From NCBI RefSeq assembly GCF_001194135.2, contig NC_068991.1, positions 66,187,690-66,251,689 of the forward strand: 64,000 bases of DNA, given 5' to 3'. Of the stretch, positions 54,144 to 64,000 are shown in pieces. The position numbers and the translations under genes were made by a program. Every line of letters begins with the position of its first letter. Position 1 is the stretch's first letter. Under the pieces are notes generated by a model that saw only the letters and a list, made by a program, of their open reading frames with translations, did not search any database and had not been told where the DNA came from. The stretch is from Octopus bimaculoides (Eukaryota).

Positions 54144-54850
54144 CAGATTTATATATAAACAGGATAAAAGCTGAGAGAAGATTTCATAATGTTCATTGTC
54201 ATGGAGATAAAAGGTCTGTAGTATCTTGCAATGCAAAACAAGAATCAGGATTATCTGAGAGGAAATATATCTATAATAAGGGCGCATCTAGTTGTAGTGC
54301 CATGGTGGCAGTGAAAAAAATATAGAAGTAGTATTCCATAAATGGTAATATTTTCTGGGCATGGAGAGCTTATAGTCAGAAGAGAAAGCAGAAAAATTAT
54401 TTGTTGAGATTAGACAGGATATGGTAAGTTGCTGAAATGGTGGAATTATTAAAGGGGCTGGAGTTATTTGAGTAACATGTTTGAACAAAGTATATTTTGT
54501 CCTTATTAAAACAGGTGTATTGGATACACAAATGTAATCTTGCTGTTAATTCTCTTTCATTGAGATGAAAGATGATTGGGATATGACTGTTTGGATCCTT
54601 GTAATTTGACATGGCTAACTGGACATTGAACCTGTTTTGGTGACAGTACTTTTTGGCACTGGAGGTAAACAGACAGACAGACACAGGCACACACATGCAG
54701 TAATATGCACATACAGATAGTGAAAGCAAGAGATGGAGAGAAAGAGAGAGAGAGGGTGAGAGACAGAGAGAAGGGAGGGAAAGTCTGAGAGACATTACAA
54801 TTCATTAATTAAACATGATAGGCAAACACTTTCCCTCTCCTCATACACAT

Positions 54851-54855
<5 letters not shown>

Positions 54856-54903
<48 letters not shown>

Positions 54904-54930
54904 CAGAAAGAGAAAGAGAGAGGGAGAGAC
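54856..54930. repeat. (GA)n microsatellite; other simple repeats at about 1395-1445 (CT), 22250, 29330, 34855, 37425, 38770, 50078-50660, 51680, 60757, 63860 (TA)
   Basis: Direct reading. Confidence 0.95.
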
Positions 54931-55952
54931 ACATTAAAATGTGTGATGTCAAATAAGTCAGTGCCACCAAATAAGCACTGCCAAAATGTCTCATACCCTA
55001 AAATACTAATGTTTAATTTTCCAGAATATATGAAGACATTGCAAGTGACTTAAATACAGACTTCATATTTTGTGCAATATTAAGTGACAAAAAAAAAAAA
55101 AAAAAGAATTGAGAAGGTGACAAGTTATCAAACACATTGGTAGATGTCTACACTGGTATAAATATCTAAAATGTATGTATGAGTAGCAGAGAAATACTGT
55201 GAGTTGATAAAGAAAAGTTATCTGGAAAGAGATATAGAGGGGATGATAGCATCCATGCTTAAGTGGGAATAAATATTACCTGTTTGTATTAATACTGCTT
55301 CTGTCACTGACAAATATTTTTTAACAAGGTCACTGGCTAATTGCTTAACCAGCTCCTGTTCTGGCACCGTTATTCTATATATCACTAGTGGGGGGGGGGG
55401 TGAATTGCTGCTATTTCTAGCAGTTGAATGTCCATCATTGACAAGACCAAAGAAGGCTGAAACCACATGATCTGGTGGTTTTGGCATTGGAGGTGGAGGG
55501 GATTTGTCTCCCTGCTAGCGATATAAACAAGAGAGCATTTTGCACCAAAGGCCAATATGGGAGTTTCTCTCATTGGTTACAAACCACAGTATAGCTTCTT
55601 CTAACAGAACATCCCTGTTTAAGTGGGAATAAATATTACTAAAGAAATATCAATGTTAAATCTGAAGATATAGAGACTTTCTAAATAAAATGACAGTGTG
55701 GGTGGGCTTAAGATATGGAGAAAGAGGGAGGGTTGATGTACTAAAGATTTATCAAGCTCATACTAGCATTGACAAAATGAATGTTAAAAATATATTATGC
55801 TTAAATTATGTAACCTCCTCTGTGTTTCATTTCGGAATAGGTTCAAATCTAAGGAAAGTCTGGCAAGAATTAATCTTTGCTAGCTGTGGTAAAGAATATA
55901 TAATATTGTGATATAGAATTTATATATATGCGCATCTGCACACATGCCTTAC

Positions 55953-55967
55953 CATCATTCTGTCATT
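55953..55967 (-). CDS. Unidentified micro-exon gene, 15-nt exon: NDRMM
   Basis: ttaatttcagctaacAG|AATGACAGAATGATG|GTAAGG; phase 0-0; a competing AG 7 nt upstream would give a 22-nt exon with stops. Confidence 0.55.
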
Positions 55968-58054
55968 CTGTTAGCTGAAATTAATTTAATTTCCATACAA
56001 AAATATATGCATTTGTTAGAACTGAGGGTAAATTGTGACATGGTTATTACAAGTTAACAATACAGGACAGCATATCAACAACATATCGCTAATGTCTTAC
56101 AAACATTTCAACAAAACATCATTCAAACAATTTAAAAACACACATTTATATAATAATTCAAAGGAAATATTTGCCATTAAAGAACAACTTTAAAGACAAA
56201 TAATTTCTATAACTTTTGAACCACCTCAATAACAAATGATGCTTATTAAAGTTGATAATAATGAAACAATTAATAAATGATTACTCAATGATAAAAATTC
56301 TGTTATTGAGATTTTCAAAGTTAAAACTGAAAAACTGGAAACAATAGAGAAATATTACAAGAATTGGAATAAATGAAATAATTGCTGAACAATGGTGACA
56401 GCATCAAGGAATTCAAAGACCTGCAGTGGAAAAATTGTTAAATATTTGGAAGCTTTGGAAAAGGCGGTTTGTCATAGTGTGTTAGAATTATAGAAAGCTT
56501 TCCATTTGAGTTTTTGTGAAGCATTAATTTAACTGTTTTAAACTATTGCAGAATAGCTGTATTATTAGCAGGAAAAAAGGAAGTTAAATGTATTTTAGTT
56601 AAGCTATAGGTTGCGAACAAGAACAAGAGTAGTTTGCAGAGATTTAATTTTACCATAGTGACATTAAAACCAAAATAATAACCCACATTTAGAAATTTAA
56701 ATACCGTGCCATTAACTTAATTGTTGTTATAAACAAAAATGTAATTTAAATGTATTTTTGTGTTTAAAAGTTTAAAGCCGCTAAGCTATTTATAGCTTAT
56801 TAGTGTGAGTAAAAAAAATATACCAAAGAAAAGAAAGGTTTGAAATATATCAGACTAATTTCCAAAATATCTGGTGTATTTGAAAGAAAATATCAATGAA
56901 ACTTGCACCAATGATGAAAAATATGTAAATTATCGATAGTCACTTCTCTTATAAAACTTGCAAGCTTTCATATGTATTGTGGTACTTGCAGGTTTTCATA
57001 CAAATTGTGGTGCTTGCAAGTTTTCATAGAAATCTGTAGGACTGATTAATGTATTAGTTCTCAACATAATACTTTATTACTGACAGTAATAATATCTTCA
57101 TTATTGTAGTGGTTAACTAATGTGTAATTAGTAACATTCTTTCCTTCACTTGAACCAGAAATCAGTTAAACATAGCAATTAATTTTCAAAATCTGTAAGG
57201 TTTTTACAGAAAAATATTCTTTTCTTGATGTGGTGACAGATAAGAGCAGCAGGGCTCTGTTGACTTGGCTATAAATTTAGTTATTAAAGATTATCTGTTA
57301 ATCTATAACAACAATGGCCAAACTGCAGCACTGAGATGACAATGGGTTTAGGTATTATTTTTCCTAAAGCAGGTTTAACAACCCATCAGCAGAATTTTAA
57401 AGTAGTCACAACATTTAAGACTCAGTAAAAGTCTTCAAACAGACAGAGATTAATCAATCAAGTTTAAAGAGTGAAATTGTGGCTTAATAAATTTTGTCTT
57501 TTATATAATTTTTTTAATAAATATATGTTGTGGCATTTGAACATAGGAAAATTTTTATATATGGTTCTCTTTATCAGACAAGTTGGTCATTACTGATCTA
57601 CATATTAATGATTTTTAGACAGTGAGCTGTAAGATGACTGTTTCAATCCTAGATTTTGTTTTTCTAATAGATGGGAAAGTTCATCAATTCAGTATTAAAA
57701 TACTAAGGGAAATCTAACTGAAAATATAAGTCAGGATTAGTTCAATTCTATTTTGCATACAAATGAAGGATCTTATTCAGTTATAACCCTGACAGAAGAG
57801 AGTCGTTCTCTTTCATGCTTAGTTTGCATTCTCTGAAATTGAAAATATTTTCTGCCTCATAAACCTGCAGATGAAGAGTGATACTTTCATTTATGAGCAA
57901 TTGTAAAAGTGCATATTCTGTAGATGCAGAGGAATGAGCTGCAACTATGATAAAAAAAGCAGTTTTCTATCGTGCAGTTTCTAATATGTGAGACTACTAA
58001 TGATAGTTACAAGCAGAAACTTGCAGTTGAAAAGGATTAGAAAACATAGCTTAC

Positions 58055-58066
58055 CAACAAATGAGC
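58055..58066 (-). CDS. Unidentified micro-exon gene, 12-nt exon: AHLL
   Basis: About 45-nt U-rich AG-free tract ...ttttcattcactttgttatctAG|GCTCATTTGTTG|GTAAGC; phase 0-0. Confidence 0.68.
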
Positions 58067-59809
58067 CTAGATAACAAAGTGAATGAAAATAAAAATGAAA
58101 ATGAAAATAAAATCATTGAAATTCTCAGTCTTTAGTCTGTCTGATGTGGTAATAAAGTATTCAAATTGGTGCACATTAATATCGGTGGTTGTTATACAAA
58201 TATAGGAAATACAAACATTATACATCTATCCTTGTTTATCACTGGTGTTTGATTACAAAAAGAATAAAAATAAGCTCTACTGTGTTAAATGAATCAGTTA
58301 TAAATGAATAACAGAAGATATAAGAAAATTTGGTTTTATTCCAGGACTCCAAGTTGTCCCTCTTACTAATGCAAATAACACCACCAAGCAGTTTTAAATA
58401 CATACAATGATAATGTTTCATGATTGGAATAATATTTAGAGTAGAATTTAATAACATATGATCAATGGATAATAAAAACATAACACTGAAAAATATTTTT
58501 CTCTTCAGTGGTGGCATGTCGAGGGTATGTGTAAGCAAATTCATATAAAAAATATGCAAGCTTGCAGCATGGTGATGTGAATATGAGTGATAATTAGTGC
58601 AATTTGGACAGCTGAGCATTGTGGGCGATTGCTGGGGCATGCTTTTGCAGTCCAAGCAAATCTTTAACTGATTGCCAACCTGTGTTATCACAGGTTAATT
58701 TATAATGAGTGTAGCATGGCTTACAATTAATCATGCCATGTTATCATTGACCAGTGATAAAAAAAGGATAGATGTACAACATTGTATAACTCAAAACTTT
58801 GAGTGAAGTTGACTGTTGACAGGTCAGTGTTGCAGAACTACTTAGTACCAATACTGGAGCTAGCTCTTTGCTCATTTCAGCAGATGGCTGATTCATTAGG
58901 CTGGTGTATTTTGTGCAAGAACAGGAAATAACAAATGTGTGAAAAATGATAAATAAAAAACATGTGAAAATTATCCACAATTAAACAAACTTTACATTAA
59001 TTAGACTAGGAATAACTAAGAAATTAACATCACAAACATAATAGAAATTCTTTAGTAATACATACAGACTGGAATTTTTTTCTTTCTCTGAGAGACATCC
59101 AGTTGACTCAATCTTTGTGCTGCCTATTTTAGCTATTTCAGAATTCAATCTTCAACATAAGATTGAACTTAGAACTCCAAAACACTAAACTGGATTATGC
59201 ATGGCACCTACTAATGTCTTCACAACCTTCTCATATTGAAATACTGTATTTTTGTAGTCCAGCTTATTTGCTAATTCTTCTTAATATTATTTATTCATGA
59301 AAATTGTGTAACTCTTCATGAAGGTAAAGACAAGAGAAGAGCATGATATGATATGCAATAAAATAGAGATGATTCTTCTTTTTCATCATCATCATCATCA
59401 TCAGCTGCTGCTGCTAATGTCTGTTTTCCATACTGGCAGGCCAAAAAGCTGTACCAGGTTCATTAACCTTGTTTATTAAACTGAATAATATTTCAACAGT
59501 ATGTCTTTGGATTCCAAAAGAAAAATGAAAAATACACAGAAATATAAAAATTCAAAATTTGAACTGGATTACCCAGAGTTCCTTTCTAGATGAAAAGACA
59601 TTTAGAAAGAATTTATGCAGTTCTGTGTATGCTTCTGTTTAACCTATATATGCCCCTGGTTGCATTTTCGCAATGCAAAACCTGCTCCTACTTGTTTGGA
59701 CATGAACTTGCCAGGAAGAATCTGACTGAACATATGAAATGTTCAGTAGGTAGTTGACACTCGTAGCTAACAGTTGCATACTGTCCTCTTCCAAATTGTG
59801 AAAGCTTAC

Positions 59810-59822
59810 CATAATGTTTAAT
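59810..59822 (-). CDS. Unidentified micro-exon gene, 13-nt exon: (V)LNIM
   Basis: atttcactgtatttAG|ATTAAACATTATG|GTAAGC; phase 2-0. Confidence 0.62.
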
Positions 59823-60756
59823 CTAAATACAGTGAAATTTTGAGCCTTCATTTTGTCATGGGCATATATAGGTTATACCAGAAGAAGAAGATCGATATAC
59901 TGTTGAAATATTGTTCAATTCAATAAACGAAGTCAATTCATATTTTATTACATATTGCATTGTCATTAAGTCAAAAGTTAAAAGCTGAGAATACTTAAGA
60001 GAAGTTTAGAAAAAAAAAAGAACAAAATATAAAGTTATGAAACTAAAATGATAAATATTTTAACTAAATTCTTCAAATTTTGTAAATTTTATTAGTTTCT
60101 TTAAGCTACTTTATGGATCTTATTTTACTATAAACAATTCCAAAGAGATTTGCTAATCTATGAATCTAATTTAATTTAAACTGTTAATAAACTACTACAT
60201 TTTAGCTTCCTTATATAACATGTATTTCCACATTACTTGGAAGGAAGCCAGAAGCAACAGACATTTTAATATTCCATCTGTTTTTAACTGTCGGACTATT
60301 ACAACATAGTTTATTATAACAAAACAAGCCATGAAGAAGTTATTAAAAAAAGTCTTCTTCAAAAATCAAACAGTAAAAAAAAAAAAAAAAAANNNNNNNN
60401 NNNNNNNNNNNNNNNNNNNNNNNNNNNNNNNNNNNNNNNNNNNNNNNNNNNNNNNNNNNNNNNNNNNNNNNNNNNNNNNNNNNNNNNNNNNNNNNNNNNN
60501 NNNNNNNNNNNNNNNNNNNNNNNNNNNNNNNNNNNNNNNNNNNNNNNNNNNNNNNNNNNNNNNNNNNNNNNNNNNNNNNNNNNNNNNNNNNNNNNNNNNN
60601 NNNNNNNNNNNNNNNNNNNNNNNNNNNNNNNNNNNNNNNNNNNNNNNNNNNNNNNNNNNNNNNNNNNNNNNNNNNNNNNNNNNNNNNNNNNNNNNNNNNN
60701 NNNNNNNNNNNNNNNNNNNNNNNNNNNNNNNNNNNNNNNNNNNNNNNNNNNNNNNN

Positions 60757-60813
<57 letters not shown>

Positions 60814-61709
60814 CATACATACATACATACATAAATTAGGCTGCTTTACAGATGAAAAATACTTTAATATTTGGTATTTACATCTTCATTACATTTTAAC
60901 CAATTTGAGCTCTAATCATCATGAGATGCCTTATCAAGGACTGCTTTTAACTAGTGACTTTCATTTCAAGACTGAAAATCATAACCTCTTTCTTATCCAT
61001 GAGGCCACTGACATATATACAATTAATGCAATGTATATTATCTAAGTTATTTGAATTTAACTTTGGTTTCCATTGTGTTTTACACTGGAACGAAATCTCC
61101 AGAATCGAGAATTATAGTGGAAATTTAGACATGGTATGTGTAACACTTGCTGATAACATTGTCAGTAATTTTGGTATTGCTCAGGATGGTTAGCTTTACT
61201 GACCTAAGAATGTCACATTAATTGTAGATGTGTCAGGAGTCTCAAGGTGAGTGGATAAGTGCATTACAACTCTTACTTTCTTAGTTCAAATCCTAGCTGT
61301 TACTAGGGATTCAGAAGAAAGACATTTGATGACAATTAGATAAGAGATGCAACCTATTGAAACACAGCATAGATCTCTCATCTTTTATTTGTTTCAGTTA
61401 TTGGACTGTGGCCATGCTGGGGTTCTGCCTCAAAGGGTTTAGTAGAACAAATTGACCCCAGTACTTATTCTATAAGATAATAAATATAAAAAAAAACTAT
61501 TTCACTTGTAGAGATAAGGGTAATAGTTTGAATAATTCTAATATTATTTATAACAACTCATCTCAGACATTTCAATATTTAATTCCATTCTAAACCTGAA
61601 ATAAGTCTTTTACTATCTTGTACAGCTTTTTCAGAAAAACAATACTAGAAACAGCAGTAACAATCTTTAAAAAAAAAAAAATGAAGGACACTAATGTAAT
61701 TCTAGATAC

Positions 61710-61716
61710 ACTATGA
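61710..61716 (-). CDS. Unidentified micro-exon gene, 7-nt exon (TCATAGT; contributes F-I-V)
   Basis: ctattttttcttcAG|TCATAGT|GTATCT; supplies exactly the phase 1-to-2 shift needed. Confidence 0.5.
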
Positions 61717-62455
61717 CTGAAGAAAAAATAGAGGTAACTAAAATGGCTGTGGTTCCAATACCTTTGATCAAAGATCTTTTGGATTAGAAGGTTGACCTGA
61801 GGCTAAATAACCAAACAATCTAAAACTCTGATAGCGATAAATAAAATAAAAAAGAGTAATATTCTTTTAATACCATCCAGCCTGAGAAGCTGCTCTTGGT
61901 TCTATAATACAAACTTCTTGTTTTAAAGCAATCTAAACTAAAACTTTCCATAAAAATTTGGTGTTGATTTATGTTTCAAACACCAGCCTGATAACAACAA
62001 GCTTCTTTTCCTAAATTCTTTGTTATCTTCAAAATTAACTGAAACAATGGCAGTGTATTTCTGTAGAAATATGGTAATCATGATTATGATTAAATATTAA
62101 ATCTTATGAAACATTTTCAAAATGTTTTATTTGTAGATATCTTCTCACACCAAACACTGGTTCTCAGAAAGATTATATTAAATAATATCAGATTTACTAT
62201 TGATTTCTCATCTCATATTTCTGGTTTGTTTTCTTAAAATGTAGAAGCTGATGCTTGCAGTTGAAATAGTAACCTACGTATCATAATGTATATACACTGT
62301 TGACAGGCTAGTTACTGTGGAATTTATCCCAAGATAAAATCTTTTATAGATGTGTTGTGTTAAAAACAGTAAATATTAGAGGGAGATGAAAATTCTGTCC
62401 AGCAGTAGTTAGCGAGAATGCCAGATGCATTTTGGCCTTCACAGTGAGTACTTAC

Positions 62456-62490
62456 AACTAGCCACATGCTCAGACAAGAATCCATCAACT
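62456..62490 (-). CDS. Unidentified micro-exon gene, 35-nt exon: VDGFLSEHVAS
   Basis: ttttattcactgttttctccatcAG|A GTT...AGT T|GTAAGT; phase 2-1. Confidence 0.65.
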
Positions 62491-62827
62491 CTGATGGAGA
62501 AAACAGTGAATAAAACAGTCACTGGTGTTACAAATAGCTACCCAGTTGAAAAAAAGTCTGGCATGTGCAATTGAGATAGTATTTAATTAAAATAGCCATC
62601 TATGTATCATACTCAATGTATATATCACTGCCAATATGCACAATACTAACAATTCTTTCAATATTAGCAATCAGCAGAGAATTCAATATTGCAACTGAAT
62701 GTGTATCCGACTGCTAACCAAGTAGAGTCTGCTGTACTAAGATTTGAATGTGTGATTTATTTGGTTATAACAGCAGCACCTTAACCTGACATCCACTGAG
62801 CCTCTTACATTACTTATCTTCCTCATA

Positions 62828-62987
62828 GATGCAGGCATGGCTGTGTGGTAAGAAGCTTGCTTCTCAACCACATGGAGCTAGGTTCAGTCCCATTGCTTGG
62901 CACCTTGGGTAGCTGTCTTCTTCTATAGCCTCAGGCTGACCAAAGCCTTGCAAGTGGATTTGGTAGATGGAAACTAAAAGAAGCCTC

Positions 62988-63019
<32 letters not shown>

Positions 63020-63215
63020 TTGTTCCTCACCACTGCTCAACAACCTGTGTAGGTGTGTTTATGTCCCCATAACTTAACAATTCAACAAAAGAGACCGATA
63101 GAATAAGCATCATGCTTAAAAACACAAAAACTGGGGTTGATTCATTCAACTAAAAATTTCTCATGGCAGAGCTCCAGCTTGGCTGCAGTTTGATGAGTGA
63201 AACAAGTAAAAGAGA
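62828..63215 (+). mobile_element. tRNA-headed SINE, family B, with internal (TG)n
   Basis: Colinear with the 4295 copy. Confidence 0.78.
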
Positions 63216-63389
63216 AAGGATACATCATGGATTCTCTCTTCATTTCAATGATGGAAATTTGATCAACTCATTAAACTAATAAGTGGCTGAATATTCCACC
63301 GACACATGTTCACTTCAAATAATTCTCAGGCTAAATCAGCTTAACATCAAGTGATAAAGGTAGCTCTTTGAATTACAAGTACAACCAAC

Positions 63390-63428
<39 letters not shown>

Positions 63429-63847
63429 TAGAGAGGGAGAGAAAGACAGAAAACAAAGTGAGAGAGAAAGAAAAGAATCGTCCCCAGTATCATATTTGTA
63501 CTATAATTATTGACCCTCAAAGGACGGAAAGCAAATTTGACTTCGGCAAGATTTGAATAGAAGGTCATTGGAAACTGAGATGATTAAAAGAAGACATTCC
63601 AAAGTGACGCTCTGATAAATATGCCAACATATTACTTTCTCCATCATATATACATACATTACCATCATCATCATCACTTAATGTCCGTTTTCCATGCTAG
63701 CATGGGTTGGATGGTTTGACAGGAGCTGGAAAGTCAGAAGACTGTACCAGACTTCATTGTCTGTTTCGGCAGGGTTTTTATGGCTAGGCACCCTCCATAA
63801 TGCCAAATGCCTTACCAAGTAGACATACATACATACATATGTATGTT

Positions 63848-63899
<52 letters not shown>

Positions 63900-64000
63900 C
63901 ACCATTAGAGCCTAATTGTTACCAGCATTGCTTTCTAGCACTTGTGCTGGTGGCATGTTAGAAAATCATTCGAGCGAGGTCGTTGCCCGTGCCGCTGGAC

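Noticed and set aside
56951-57030. 13-bp perfect inverted repeat plus a two-unit 28-bp tandem; similar 33-bp direct repeat at about 26698 and 26842
   Set aside because: Short local duplications with no further support for function.
58600-58670. + strand GQLSIVGDCWGMLL, resembling the calpain catalytic GDCW motif
   Set aside because: Opposite strand to the calpain exons, lacks QGxLGDCW and LAA context, frame closed by nearby stops; treated as coincidence.
58239-58691. 150-aa - strand ORF with CLDC...CPNC
   Set aside because: No splice context or recognisable family; lies in an intron of the micro-exon gene; composition like AT-rich noncoding DNA.

Overview
AT-rich, intron-rich animal genomic DNA with four N gaps, many TA/CA/GA microsatellites and SINE/MITE families. 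The repeat content looks most like an octopus (coleoid cephalopod) genome; this is inference. Three genes were reconstructed by hand from GT-AG boundaries and phase continuity. (1) + strand: REST corepressor (CoREST/RCOR), 12 coding exons from 7153 to the stop at 21959 (end of ELM2, SANT1, a C4 zinc finger, linker, SANT2, Pro-rich tail). Its 5' exons lie upstream of the window, and there is a candidate 21-nt neural-type microexon at 1489-1509. (2) - strand: the six terminal exons (46711 to 37509) of a classical calpain penta-EF-hand domain IV; no upstream calpain exons are visible. (3) - strand, not shown by the ORF track: an unidentified micro-exon gene whose exons of 35, 7, 13, 12, 15, 21, 65 and 82 nt (62490 to 52078) splice into one uninterrupted 82-aa reading frame. 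This is the main finding. Also present: a decayed Ty3/Gypsy pol (about 27750-29900), an RTE-like LINE 5' fragment, and a near-perfect 65-bp-arm hairpin in a CoREST intron.
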